From Octopus sinensis (lineage: Eukaryota): DNA of 64,000 bases. The notes beneath the pieces are model-generated. The model did not search any database. It saw only the letters and a program-made list of their open reading frames with translations, and had not been told where the DNA came from. The first letter of the stretch is position 1, and each line of letters opens with the position of its first letter. A program made the translations under genes and the position numbers. Positions 38,960-53,128 of this stretch are shown here, one piece after another. The stretch spans positions 17,918,001 to 17,982,000 of the forward strand of contig NC_043024.1 in NCBI RefSeq assembly GCF_006345805.1, in the 5' to 3' direction.

Positions 38960-39799
38960 TTAAAAACTTGTTTCATAGAAAATTCTTCCAAAATTCCTAT
39001 TTTGTTTTTCATCCATTAATTTGTGTTGGTTAAACTATGTAAAATACTAGAGAAAAGAACCTAATTGTTCCTTGCAATACATACATACATCTAAAGCAAA
39101 ATTATTTCAGGGGCCCTTAAAATACTGCTGTAGGTCCCCAATTTACTATTTTGCTTGCGTGGACCCTCTTTGATTACTATTTTATTCTGGTGGACCCCTC
39201 ATAGCCATTCGGTATTTAAAAACTAGTTTTTTAGAAACTTATTTCAAAATCCCTATTTTGTTTTTCACACATGAACTTGTGTTGGTAGAATCATGTCAAA
39301 TGTTAGAGAAAGAAATCTCGCTGTTTCTTGCAATACATAACCAATACAACCATCTAAACCAAAATTTTTCAGGGGCCCTTGAAATACTATTGTAGATTCC
39401 CAAATAAGCTATTTTATTGTATGGATCCCCTTCAAAAATCTTATATGGATCCTCAGGAGCCATATGAACCCTGCCTAGAACCACCGATTTAGTTGTACTC
39501 AAGAAGGATTAATGAAATTACATAAACAAGAGCTTTCCAGATTTTTCTCTAAATTTTTTACATATGAAATACATAACAATTTCATACGTTCCATACAAAG
39601 CGTGCCAATAATTTCTTTCAGCATCTTATGTGAAATGCACCAATAACTTCTTACTTCATCTTCAAAGCACCAAGTCAAAAATACTGAGAACCACTGATGT
39701 AATACTTTATGCTTTCACCATCTCTCTTCCACTCATTCTATTTTTCTCCTCTTTTCTCGTTCACTCTTTCCATCTCCTTTTTGTCCCTCCTTATTTATC

Positions 39800-39807
39800 T
39801 CAGACTA

Positions 39808-39840
<33 letters not shown>

Positions 39841-40350
39841 CATCTCCTCCTCCTCCTCTCTTCCCCTATCATTTTTGGCACTTAACTCACACCATTTGTC
39901 TCTCTCACCCTCTTCCCTCTGTTTTCTGTCTCTCCTACCCTCTTCTCTCTCTTTTCTCTCTCTCCTGCCCCCTTCTCTCTCTTTTCTGCCTCTCCCGCTC
40001 TCTTCCCTCCCTTTTTTGTCTCTCCAACCCTCTTCTCTCTCTTTTCTGTCTCTCCTGCCCTTTTCTCCTCCTCTCTCTCTTTTCTGTTTCTCCTGCCCTT
40101 TTCTCCTCCTCTCTCTCTTTTCTCCTCCACTCTCTTTTTTTTCCTCTGCTGTCTTTTCTCCTCTCTCTCTTTTCTCCTCTTCTCTCTCTTTTCTCCCCTC
40201 TCTCTCTTTTATATCTGCTCTTTCTCTTTTCTGGTCCTCTCTCTTTTCTCCTTTCTCCTCCTCCCTCTATTTTCTCCTCCTCCCCCTCTTTACTCCGCTC
40301 TTTCACTAAACTTATCCTCTTCTGTCTCTCTTTCTCCGTCCTTCCCCTCT
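39800..40350. repeat. ~550-bp polypyrimidine tract with ~29-bp minisatellite units
   Basis: Almost all C/T on plus strand; source of Arg/Glu-rich false ORFs. Confidence 0.9.
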
Positions 40351-40463
40351 TTTCTAACACACACACACACATATACACCATTCCATACATCAGTCAACAC
40401 ACAGCTGCCAAAACTGATTCCGATCAAATACTAAAAGACAAATGAAGTCACTATTTTTGACAG

Positions 40464-40550
40464 GAAAACCCGCAAGAATTCCTGTCGAGAGACCACCTGT
40501 TTCTTTCTCAACACAACTTGGTTCCATGTTCTACCAGACAAAAGAATATG
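40464..40550 (+). CDS. Candidate 87-nt internal exon
   Basis: tatttttgacag|..ATG|gtaaca; all frames open; phase-1 reading KPARIPVERPPVSFSTQLGSMFYQTKEY. Confidence 0.35.
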
Positions 40551-41094
40551 GTAACATCACCACATTGAACACTCACTGAAACAACCATCTCTAGTGAGAA
40601 TTAAGGGGATAACACAATGGGTCAGGGAGCTCTTAGAGTGCAGGCATATATTTACCCTGTATTGAAATTTAAGACCCAAATGCTTCCCAGCCACATGATT
40701 CCGAGTTCAGAGGTTCTATCCCACTGTATATCAAGCGTCTTCTTCTGTAGTTCCCAGACCAACCACAGCCTTGTAAATCGATCTGGTAGACAGAAACTGA
40801 AAGAGACCTCTGTGTGTGTGTGTGTGAGTGCGTAAGAGAGTGCGTGTGTGTGTGTGTGTACTCCCATAATACTTGAAACTGGTGCTGGTTTGTTTATGTC
40901 CCTGAAACTTAGTGGTTTGGCATAAGAGACTGATAGAATAAATACCAGACTTTAAAAATGCAAGGTGCATTCCAGAAGTTTGAAGAAGTACAAAATTCAA
41001 ATCTCCTTCAAAGTAGTTCAGTTCTGTATTTAAGAGATGAGGAATTATATACATTATTTACATTATTTACATTTGACAAATATTTGTCTTCATT

Positions 41095-41185
41095 TTGTTT
41101 GTTGTTAATACAACATTGCGGCTGATATACCCTCCAGCCTTCATCACTTCCATTCCAGGCAGGGACCTGAATAATAATGATGATG

Positions 41186-41222
<37 letters not shown>

Positions 41223-41400
41223 TAATAATAATAATAATAATTATAACATCGAAAAGTACCTTAGGAATGAGAACCCAGGTTCAAAATTTCCTCAAGACTA
41301 CTGATGAAAGCTGGAGGGTATATCAGTCGAAACATTGTGTTAACAGCAAACAAGATGAGAACAAATATCCATCAAATGTAAATAATGTAAATAATCCTTG
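41095..41400 (+). mobile_element. Penelope-like element with inverted partial copy and decayed hammerhead (41301-41340)
   Basis: CTGATGA..GCTG/CAGT..GAAA; inverted copy at 41095-41146. Confidence 0.6.
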
Positions 41401-41569
41401 AAAGTAGGGTCCTCTGACTTCAGCGCATTTGTTGTGGCACTCCAGCCACTTTATGAAGGTTCTGTGGAAGTCCTCCAAAGGGAAGACATTCAGGACTCTT
41501 GTCACAGACTCTTTCATCTCAATAGCTTCAAAATGACTGCTCCTGAGTTTCTCCTTCAGTTTAAGTGAG

Positions 41570-41750
41570 AGACAAGTTTTAGGAAGGGAGAGAGAGACAG
41601 GGTTTAGGAAGGGAGAGAGAGAGACAAGGTTTAGGAAGGGAGAGAGAGAGAGACAAGGTTTAGGAAAGGTGAGAAACAAACTTAGGAAGGGTGAGGGACA
41701 GTCTTAGGAAAGGTGAGAGACAGTTTTATGAAGGGTGAGAGATAGTTTCG
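41570..41750. repeat. Minisatellite, ~24-28-bp unit GAGACAAGGTTTAGGAAGGG
   Basis: About 7 degenerate copies. Confidence 0.85.
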
Positions 41751-44545
41751 ATGCCCATTTCTTTCGAATAGTTAGTTACCAGGATGGAATTGTGGATTGG
41801 TGCATTTTTCTGGTGGAGGTGCTCTGGCCCTTTGCAATGAAATCTCTTCCTGAACTCTCCCAAAAACTTTCACAAAGTACTCTTTGTTGACAGTCTGATC
41901 AGACAGAATGCAATGGGTGTAGATGATGCTGTTACTGTTCTAAAAGGGGATCATCATGACATTTCCTGTGGACTTACTTTGGCCCCTTGAGCCAGCAAAA
42001 ACATGCTTAGCTCACACAAATTTATCCATAAGCAGTCTGCAGCATTTTCTTTTCTTTTTTTTTATTCAAGCAAATCGACTCCAGGACTTATTCTTTGTAA
42101 GCCTAGTACTTATTCTATCGGTCTCTTTTGCTGAACCTCAAAATTATAGGGATGTAAACACACCGACATCAGTTGTCAAGCGATGGTGGGTGGGGGACAA
42201 ATACAGACACACAAACACACACACACATATATATATGTATATATATATACATACACACGATGAGCTTCTTTCAGTTTCCACTTACCAATCTACTCACAAG
42301 GCATTAGTCGGCCCGAGGCTATAGTAAAAGACACTTGCCCAAGGTGCCACGCAGTGGGACTGAACCTGGAACTATGTGGTTGGTAAGCAAGCTGCTTACC
42401 ACACAGCTATTCCTGCACATAAGTTTGTGTAACATTTTTATCAAGTTTAACACAAAGCTTTATTTAATAGTAAGCTTCCATGTTGTCTTCATGTCCTGGC
42501 TGTCTTCAGCAAACTAGTCAACTATGGTAAGTAGTGTTTTGTAGGGTGTTACATCTGAGTCCTTCTCACTAGAATAATAAAAGTTGGCAGGTCAGCTTAT
42601 TAGATGTATATTAATGACTAGCCTAAGGTGACCCACTCTATGCAAGGGTAAGAGTATAGTTGTTACTTTCTGTTGCTTCTTTTCTGTTTTTTATCACCAC
42701 ATTCTATTTTTTTTACTACCCACAAGGGGCTAAACACAGAGGGGACAAACAAGGACAGACAAATGGATTAAGTCGATTATATCGACTCCAGTGCGTAACT
42801 GGTACTTAATTTATCGACCCCGAAAGGATGAAAGGCAAAGTCAACCTCTTTTACATAGTACTGCCTGACTGGCCCCGGTGCCGGTGGCAGGTAAAAAGCA
42901 CCCACTACACTCTGGGAGTGGTTGGCGTTAGGAAGGGCATCCAGCCATAGAAACACTGCCAGATCAAGATTGGAGCCTGGTGCAGCCATCTGGTTTGCCA
43001 TTCCTCAGTCAAAATCGTCCAACCCATGCTAGCATGGAAAGCGGACGTTAAACGATAATGATGATGATGATGATTCTCCCTCTTTGTTTCTCTCTCACTT
43101 TCCCACTCTCTTACTCTTCCTTTCTCTCGGACTTTCCCTCGCTTTCTCTTACTCTTTATCTTTCTCTATCTATCTATCTCCCATTTATAAACAACAAAAG
43201 ATCTTGTGTAAGTTGAGAAGCAAAATATTTTGAAAGATCAATCATAAATATCAGGCAGTGACAATAGAAAGGTCTGCTTCAAGGCAGACAGCAAAACACT
43301 AACATTTAAAAGGGACAGACGAACTTGCAAGTTGAATAAAAATAGAATCCGAGGATAGTAGAGTCACCATGGCTGGCATTTGTTAACGACAGACAGCAAC
43401 GTAGTGGCAGTTTAACGGCTGGCGTAAAATTTTGAACTTGATGTAAAAGAAAATTCCTAAACACCAAGTTTTGAAGTGATCCTTTCTCACGACAGTAGAC
43501 TCACCATGGCAAGCATTCAAAACTTCTTCATGATGGACAGCAACACACTGAAGATTTAAAGGCTGGTGCAAATTTTTTAGCTTGATGTAACAGAGAATCC
43601 CTAAACACCCGCTCCTGTAAATTTTAATCCCCTTCCAGCCCCAGTTAATATAACCGGGTCTACTCGGGTCACATTTAATAAGATGAGGAATTTTGTCCTA
43701 GAGGTCACGCCTTTCACTTGAGAGAAAAAATAGTTGCCATGCAAACTCGCCAGCAGTTTTAACATAGGTGTGCATATTTTCAGCTCAACCGACCACATAA
43801 TGCACACATTATATATATATACATATATTTATATATGTACATATATACGCATTATATATACAAATGTATATAAAACTCAACTTGTGTGTCTGTGTGTTTA
43901 ACTTCCCGGCACATCTCCTCCTAGCCAACAAATCATAGAACCACCAAAATTGGATCACTTAAAGTTTAGGCGAATGAAAATTGAACTGCGCTATTTCTGT
44001 TCCGAAATTCATCTCGCAAGTGCAAAAATCGATAATGTGTTTGTTTAGGCCTTATCCCATGCATTGAATAGTGAACTTTACTCAGTCAGCTGTTTGACGT
44101 GAACAGTGTTCACCATGCGTGCAAGTATGCGTAAATTGCATGAAAAATAAAAAATTAAGATATAAAAACGAATCGCCGTAAACATTGTAGAAATTTGGCA
44201 AAGAAATGAATTTTTGGGATGTAGCCTGGAGGGTTTTTTCATATTAATCGTTTGGACTTTGTGAACAGATACCAATTGTTTTCATAACATTTTTAACACT
44301 TTGAATTAAATATGACCATTTTGCATTGAGTCTGCAGTTTGAATCACTTTAACCAAATTTTAGCAGGCCGGATTTTTGATCATCACGATACGTTGCCAGC
44401 GACTCCCTGAAACTCTCCCCTGAAATCCCCATTGAGAAATCTATATATATAAAACTCAACTTGTGTGTCTGTGTGTGTGTCTGTGTGTTTAACTTTTGGA
44501 TCTACCAAGTTTCATTATTAAAGATGGAAAGTAGTGTGTAGCAAA

Positions 44546-44934
44546 TCTATATATATAAAGCTGAAGTTGTCAGTGTATGGCAGGTTTGGTAGCCTTCAAC
44601 TAACACTATCTCCTTCGAGACCCTGCAGCGCAAGTTGATCAAAATTGAGAGTATGATAGAAGAAGGCTTGATCTTCATTCTGTAGAAGATAAAATTCAAA
44701 TCGGACCATGTTAACACCAAAAATTATTTACATCAAAGAGGTGCTTTTTTTCTATGAAAATCCCTATTTTTTATGATTTTTGACTGCTGTGTCACCATTT
44801 TTTGGTGTATTTCAACTGGAAAAATGTTCACTTGAAGAGAATAACAAGTTGCATAATGTAAAATTTTTACTTTTCAAAAATTCCAATTCTAAAGGGTCGA
44901 AACAAACCCAAGCAACACCTGGTGATACTGCTAG
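44546..44934 (+). mobile_element. Non-autonomous Helitron
   Basis: A|TCTATATATATAAA start; degenerate hairpin and CTAG|T end. Confidence 0.75.
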
Positions 44935-46055
44935 TATATAAATACAGATATATACACTTTGTATATATATATACATTATATATGCATATTTATATATAGA
45001 ATACACACACACACACACACATATAAATATCTGATTCATAATATTAGTTCTCATGATTGTGTGGTGCTGGTGGCATAGAGAGAGAGAGAGAGTGAAAGAG
45101 AACAAGAGAGAGAGAGAGAGGGGGATGTGGAAGAAAGAGTGAAAGCGGCGGGGTAAAGATAGTAGACGTTGTCAAACGACGTTATAGAGAGAAAGTGAAA
45201 GGAAGGAGGAAAGAGAGAGACACGGAGGAAGACAGACACAAAAGAATGAGAGAAGACTTGTCAAAGTGTGCGTTTTTTGCCCTAGTAACCACACCTTTTA
45301 AGATAGGGATTTCTAACCTAGCCCACTGACATCCTCACCTCATTTTACATGTCCCTGTAAATTTTGGAGTCAATCTGACAGGATCTAGTGGTTTTTAACC
45401 CGTTCCAATGCCAAAGCGAGACAAACAAATTTTTCGCATTTCAGATTTATAGATATTGATATACTAAAATTACAATAACCTAAAAAGTCTCAAAACTTCT
45501 AGAATGCATTACTGGAGTCAATTCCTTTGACTAAAATCATTCAAAGTGGTGCTCCAGCATGGCTGCAGACCAGTGACTGCAACAAGTAAAAGGTAAATAT
45601 TTTCCCATGTTGAAATTTGGAATTGGTCTCTGTTAAAATTCTTTAAAAAAACACCCGTTTGGAATAGGGGTGGGACAACTTTAGCCTTATTAGCAAATCA
45701 GTAATTTAATTAAGCATTACTTTCGACATTCCATCAGGGTATTTCAAATCATTATAATTATCTCATTAATTAATGTATATTTATATCATTTTAATTAGTG
45801 TTGATTAATGTAACCACACACATACCCTATAAATTTATATAACTAGAGATTCATTACTTTTCTCAATATACTTGCAAACCTAACAGTTTCTTTAGTAGAA
45901 GCAATTTGTCCCTTGTATTCCTGCACCCTTGTCCCATGTTGCCAAAACTCCCTCAAATCAAACAAACAACTGGGGTCAATGTAATTGACTTACCTCACCA
46001 ACTAAAACTGCTGGTCTTGTACTAAAACTTGAAACTGTTATTATTATTATTATTA

Positions 46056-46105
<50 letters not shown>

Positions 46106-46107
46106 TT

Positions 46108-46488
46108 ACGGAAGCCAGTCGAGGCGGCGCTGGCATCGGCCACAATTCGGATAGTGCTTTTTATGTACCTGGACTGGTGGCACGTAAAAAGCACCATCCG
46201 AATCGTGGCCAAAGCCAGTGCCGCCTCGACTGGCTTCCGTGCTGGTGGCACGTAAAATGCACCAATCCGACCGTGGCCGTTGCCAGCCTCACTGGGCACC
46301 TGTGCAGGTGGCACGTAAAAAGCACCCACTACACTCACGGAGTGGTTGGGGTTAGGAATGGCATCCAGCTGTAGAAACATTGCCAGAAAAGACTGGAGCC
46401 TGGTGCAGCCTTCTGGCTTCTCAGATCCCCGGTCGAACCGTCCAACCCATGCTAGCATGGAGAACGGACGTTAAATGATGATGATGAT
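46108..46488 (+). mobile_element. RTE 3' tail repeat (family C) with internal GGTGGCACGTAAAA repeats
   Basis: Family C consensus, (GAT)n tail. Confidence 0.85.
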
Positions 46489-46489
46489 T

Positions 46490-47052
46490 AGTGGGAGAGC
46501 AGTCAATGCCATCAAAATGACACTGGGGTAAAATATATGAAGCCCAGTATGCCCATCATGACTACCCATCTGATAAGGGTACACTATGCACATGCATCAC
46601 AACCATATGTGCATGACATGGTGATCTCATATCAAAATAAACAGCACATGGCTTTGCAGGTGAAACCCAGTTAGAATTTTCTTCAGGTCGAGTAGTCCTT
46701 CCCACTCAAAAGGTCCCTGCATAAGGGTCATTAGAGTTAGGGTTAGGGTTGAACAAAATACCCATGTTTCCAGAGGTGAATTATTCAAACCACAAAGAAT
46801 CCTTCTCAACACATGGCTATGATGCTCCTCCACTACTTCTACTTGTGATCAGAGATGCACATATCGTCAGCCACTAAGGGACATGCTCAACTGAGTAAGG
46901 TCAAACAACTGACAAGCAAATCTGTGGTATTGAGCAGAATAGTTGCTGTAGTCCATTTTTTATACCCAGACAAAACAATGTACATGATAACACTTCCAAT
47001 CAGTTAAGATCAGAAGTCATGAAAACTACTGCCTGGTACTACATCAGGGCAT
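46490..47052 (-). mobile_element. Family E full-length copy
   Basis: Same 5' boundary (CCCTGATGTAGTACCAGGCAGT) as the 10925 copy. Confidence 0.85.
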
Positions 47053-47060
47053 TATTATTA

Positions 47061-47103
<43 letters not shown>

Positions 47104-47938
47104 GGTGGCAAGCTGGCAGAGTCGTTAGCATGCTGCCAAAATGCTTAGCGGTATTTTGCCCATTGCTATATTCTGAGTTCAAATTCTGCTGAGGTCAACT
47201 TTGCCTTTCATCCTTTCGAGGTCAATGAATTAAGGACCAGTGAAGCACTGGGGTCGATATAATTGTCTAGTCCCTTCTCCAAAAATTTCAGGCCCTCTGC
47301 CTTTACTAGAAAGGATTATTAGTATTATTGTTGTTATTTACTTTTAACCTGCAAGTTTGTTACAGTCACTTGCCGAGACACACCCAGCATCCTGGGGCGA
47401 GTGAAGGATAAGAGATGTTACAGTATGACTGAAAACTTGAAGAAGGGAAGTGGCAGGGGCAACAACACAGACATTTAAACTATGAGGGTCTTTCTAAGGA
47501 TGTTAGCAGTACTTGTCTGCACAGTTTTTTTAATTTCTCTGAGACATGGTTCTCCTGAGATCTTATCTAGATGTTTCTCACATCCCTTTTTTATCATACC
47601 TAGGGCATCTACAATAACAGGAACCGTTCACGTTTTAAGATGTCACATTTTTGTATTTCAATTTCTAATTCCTTATATTTAGTTAATTTGTCAGATTCCT
47701 TTACAGATATATTTTTATCAGCGGGAACACTTACATCTTAATAATTATGTCTAGTTGATTAGCCTTGATTAGCCATCTTTAATAATTATGTCCAGTTGAT
47801 TAGCCTTGATAGTTCTGTCAGTGTTGACTTGGAAAATCCCAGAGAATAGTGACAGTTTTACTTTCAACAACTGGCCAGTAGGCAGGAGTGACAATTTTAT
47901 AGTGTTTACATATTTTCCAATATAAATACTGTCTTACC

Positions 47939-47972
<34 letters not shown>

Positions 47973-48186
47973 CTCTTTCTCTTTTACTTGTTTCAGTCAT
48001 TTGACTGCAGCCATGCTGGAGCACCACCTTTTGTTGAGCAAATCACCTCCAGGAATTATTCTTTGGAAGCCTAGTACTTATTGTATCGGTCTCTTTTGCA
48101 GAACCGCTAAGTTACAGGGACGTAAACACACCAGCATCGGTTGTCAAGCGATGTTGAGGTGACAAACACAGACACACAAACACACA

Positions 48187-48234
<48 letters not shown>

Positions 48235-48987
48235 TACGATGGGCTTCTTTCTGTTTGTGTCTACCAAATCCACTCACAAGGCTTTGGTCAGCCCAAGGCT
48301 ATAGTAGAAGACACATACCCAAGGTGCTACGCAGTGGGACTGAACCCGGAACCATGTGGCTGGTAAGCAAGCTACTTACCACACAGCCACTCCTGCACCT
48401 ATGTGGTCATTATTATTATTATTATTTATGCAGCCAACTGGCAGAATCATTAGCACACTAGACAAAATGCTTGGTGTCTTTCATCCATTTTTACATTCTG
48501 AGTTCAAACGCTGCTGGGGTCGAATTTGCCTTTTATCTTTCCGGGGCCAATAAAATGAGTACCAGTTGAACCCTTGAGTTGGTGTAACTGACTTAGCTCC
48601 CCCACCCACCCCAAAAAATTGCTGGCCCTGTGCCAACAGTTAAAAACAGTATTTTTACTATTATTAAAGTGGTGAGTTGGCAAGGTCAGTAGCATGCTGG
48701 GCAAAATGCTTAGCGGCATTTCATCTGTCTTTGTGTTCTGAGCTCAAATTGTGCCAAAGTAGACTTTGCATTTCATTCATTTATTTTGTCTATAAATTAA
48801 GTGCCAGTTGGGCATCGGGGTCAATATAATTGACTTACTCCTTCTCCTGAACTTACTGGCCTTGTGCCAAAATTGAAAACCATTATTATTATCATTATTA
48901 TTATTACAATTTTAATTTTGACAGCCCATTTACAAACTGTTCGCAAAATGTAACAAATGTTTTCACAGTTTTTTTTATTTATCACAG

Positions 48988-49053
48988 TTTGTGAAAACAA
49001 AAAGAAAACTTGGCAAGATTACTCGGACAGGCAGAAGACAGGCAAATATTATG
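48988..49053 (+). CDS. Candidate exon (phase 1) CENKKKTWQDYSDRQKTGKYY
   Basis: T-rich ..atcacag acceptor; donor gtggcg is weak. Confidence 0.22.
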
Positions 49054-49495
49054 GTGGCGGTGGTGGCAGAGACAGTAGTGTTGTTGGTTTGTGGTCAAGG
49101 TGGTGTTGATGATGATGATGATGACGGTAATGATGATGATGAGGATGATGATAATGATGATGGTTATGATGATATGATGATGATGATGGTAGAGAGGATG
49201 AAGAAATAGTGTTGGTGATGACGATGTCGGTGATGAAGAATTAATGATGATGTGGAGGCAGAGGATGGGGGTGGCAATGTTGAGGACAGTGATGATTACA
49301 ACAACAATGAGGAGGAAGATGATGAAGATAATGATGACAACGTCAAGGAGATGATTATATTGATATAAGATATATATATCTCTCTCTCCTTCTCTTGCTC
49401 TCTCTTTCTCTTTCCCCCCTCTTTTCTCTCACCCCAATAGAATAGGAATGGAATATAATTCAATTTTCTGCTTTCTAAACCCTTCTTTTACGAGG

Positions 49496-49535
<40 letters not shown>

Positions 49536-49829
49536 CTCATGCACACATACACACAAGCAAACATACATGCATACACTAAATAAGAAGAAAAGAATTTTAC
49601 ATATATAGATTACATACGTATATATATATATATTATCATTATTATTATTATTTTTTAGAAAGTGAGCTGACAGAATTGTTAGCATGCTCGGCATTTTGTC
49701 CATCTGTATGTTCTGAGTTCAAATGCCACACAGGGTCAACTTTGTTTTTCATCCTTTCGGAATCGATAAATTAAATACCAGTTGTATATTGGGGATTGGT
49801 GCCAAAATCGGAAATCATTATTATTATTA

Positions 49830-49862
<33 letters not shown>

Positions 49863-50329
49863 GTAAGGTGGTGAACTGGCAGAATCATTAGCATGCCAGG
49901 CAAAATGTATATATGTATGCAAGCGTGGCTATGTGGTAAAAAGCTTGATTCCCAACTATGTTTCCAGGTTCAATCCCACTGTGTAGTACCTTGGGCAAGT
50001 GTCGTCTACTATAGCCTCAGCCTGATCAAAGTCTTGTGAGTGGATTTGGTAGATGGAAACTGAAAGCAGCTTGTCGGAAACTGAAAGAAGCTCCAGCATT
50101 GCCACAGTGAAATGACTGAAACAAATTAAAAGAAATATATATATAGTGAAAAAGTTTGATGAAAACGTTTTTGTCCATGTGTTGAATTGTAGCAAAAAAT
50201 ATAAAAAGAAAGAAAATGTACAGAAATATTATGTAGGGCAAAACATATCTGCAAAATAAAATATTTACATAGTTGACCGGTTTCAGTTGTGCTAATCATC
50301 ACTAAGAAGTTAGAGATCATGTTATACTT

Positions 50330-50575
50330 TCATGCTATTGTCCATCCGACCATTTTTTTATGCCCACAATTTCTGGGACAGTCATGGGGGGACAGAGTTC
50401 TCAGGCACATCCTCCATAGATTCTTATTGGAAGCAACTGTCATTAAATTCTTCAGCTGGATTCCCAAACATGACCAAGTGAGGTTATGGATATTATCAAA
50501 CCAGCCCATTCTTAGTCTACCCAGGGATTGGCTTGCCTTGACAAATCCATCTTGTGATATTTTTTTTTTTCTCAT
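50330..50575 (-). mobile_element. Decayed RTE-type ORF C-terminus
   Basis: GRLRMGWFDNIHNLTWSCLGI..VASNKNLWR. Confidence 0.6.
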
Positions 50576-52794
50576 AGCATTCTAATCACTTGTCCAAAAC
50601 ATCAGAGCTGTGACCCCTCAATTTGGAGAAGCAGCTCAACCTGGAGAGACTCCTTGATCTCTAAGTTTTGCACCTTGTTGAGTAGGGGTCTCTGAAAGGG
50701 GTCTCAGGAAGTAGCATCCCTACCTTCCTGAGTTAGTTTTCCACCACATTTCTTAAAAATCATGGTAGAGGCCTTGGTCTCGGGACCACTCATGTCTAGA
50801 AACTGAGGTTGGGGGTCAGCAAGGACATGCTCTCTGTAGAAAATCCAGCTCCAAAAATGCCTCTTGATAGCAAAGGAGAATGTTCTCCAGCCAGCCCAAA
50901 GGTTGGGGTGGTCTGCACCTGCCTCCCTCAGTTGTTATGGCATTGAGGTAGATCCGGCCACCCCTATTAAAGGGGACAAAACCTGGATTTAAAACACTGG
51001 ATGATGGTGATGATGATGATGATGATGAGTAACATTACTCCAGAGATCTTTTGGTGGAACCCCATTTTGGCCATGTGTATTTGCAAGTGTGCTTTCTTGG
51101 TCATTACCCAACATTTATCCCCATATAAACCAAATTGTAGAATGTGAGTTTGGCCTTCTTTTATTAACCTCTCCTCTTTCGAGGATTCTTTATCTTCTAC
51201 TTGTTCCCGTTGTTAGACTGTGGTCATGCTGAGGCACCTCCTTGCAGTATGTTTAGGTGAATGAATTGACCGCAGCTTGGTACTTATTCTATAAAATCTC
51301 TTTTTTTACAGGGACATAAACAAACCAGCACTGATTGTTAAATGGTGATGGGAACAGTCACAGACACGCAAGCTGTATTCAATTTCCATTCACCAGATCC
51401 ACTCACAAGGCTTTGGTTGACCCAAGGCTATAGTAGAAGACACTTGCCCAAGGTAACATGCAGTGGGACTGAACCAGAACCATGTAGTTTGGAAGCAAGC
51501 TTCTTACAATACAGCCATACCTGCACCTATATATATATATATTCTTTTATACTTTTACTTGTTTCAGTCATTTGACTGCAGCCATGCTAGAGCACCGCCT
51601 TCAGTTGAGTAAATTGATCCCAGGACTTATTCTTTGTAAACCTAATACTTATTCTATCGATCACTTTTGACGAACCGCTAAGTTATGGGAACGTAAACAC
51701 ACCAGCATCGGTTATCAAGCATCAATGTTAGGAGGACACACAAACATACATGTATATATATACATTATATATATATATATATGATGGGCTTCTTTCAGTT
51801 TCCATCAACCAAATCCACTCACAAGGCTTTGGTTGGTCCAAGGCTATAGTAGAAAACACTTGCTCAATGTACCACTCAGTAAGACTGAACCCAGTAGCAT
51901 GTGGTTGGAAAGCAAATTCCTTACCACAGAGCCATGCATGAATATTTTATTTTTACAAAGTGAAGGTTGAGAGTTACTTTGAAGTTTTAGCTTAAAAACT
52001 GAAACTTCGAAGTCACTGTTAAAAGGTTTCCTTCTAAAAATATTCAATGGTCTTCTAAAAAGTATTGAGCAGTCCTTCGATTTGATGTTTGACTGTTTTT
52101 CTGTATAATCAGAGAGAAAAACAGACATTAATGTGTGTGTAGGCGAAAGGGTTAATATATACACGTGTCCATTTATTTGATTTCGAACCAGTTAGATTTA
52201 TTATCTCGTTTACACTGACTACTGATTATTTCTTTCTAATTATAGTTATTCAATAACTTGTTTATTTTTTCTTCAATATTTTAACTGGTTCACTCCATTG
52301 TGTCTCTAATTTAATTTACTCGTCTTCCATCCTTGTTATCTGCATTTATATTGATTTAATATCAATATTATATACCTAAGAAATATTAACCAATACCGAT
52401 ACCAAAATGAGAGCCAGAATACAGAAAGCTGCTGATCGTGTTTGATGCTTTTTTAAAAATTTTATTTCATCTTATTTTATCTTTTTTCTTTTGACATGAT
52501 TCTTTTTGTCTATTTTTACTATTTCTTTACCCATTTTCACCGTTAATGATGCTATGGGCCCAGACTTGTATTTCTTGTTAATTAAAACATGCCGTTTGAC
52601 TTCTAAAATTCTTATTCATATCATGGGCAAAACTACAACCCATGAGGTTTTCCAAATGGCATGCCTAATGAAAAAATATTTTGAGCTTGTTTTTTTTTTT
52701 GTGGCCCACGTGATGATAAACCACATCTTGTGAGGCCTGTATGAACCATAGCTTCACAGTTGCACCAAACCCAGCTTTTTACATATGTTGCTGA

Positions 52795-53128
52795 GACCCC
52801 CTTCGGTCATGATTGACCTTGGGATTGCACCTAGAAAGTTACTCTCCTGGGCACAAGTCCGGACAAGGTTGTTTATGGAAGACCAGCAGTTGCCTATGCA
52901 TACTGGCCTCCCCTCTCCACGCCACCATTGTCATTCAAGGGAAAGGCAAAGGCCGATACAGCTTGGCACCTGTGACATCGCAACTCATTTCTACAGCTGA
53001 GTGAACTGGAGCAATGTGAAATAAAGTGTCTTGCTCAAGAACACAACACACAGCCCAGTCCAGAATTCAAACTCACAACTTCACGATCGTAAGCTCAATG
53101 CTCTAACCACTGAGCCATGCGCCTCCAC
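52795..53128 (-). mobile_element. tRNA-headed SINE (head like family D, different body)
   Basis: TGGCTCAGTGG A-box-like and GAGTTTGAATTC B-box-like motifs. Confidence 0.8.

Noticed and set aside
40577-40590. 14-nt minus-strand exon pattern with GTGAGT donor
   Set aside because: Not frame-preserving, and in conflict with the adjacent plus-strand candidate
41570-41750. Minisatellites as CRISPR array or telomeric repeat
   Set aside because: Degenerate units without unique spacers, no cas genes, and no TTAGGG arrays
42510-42526. 17-nt plus exon pattern with ATG|GTAAGT
   Set aside because: Gives a stop in the phase needed to join the 40550 donor; unsupported
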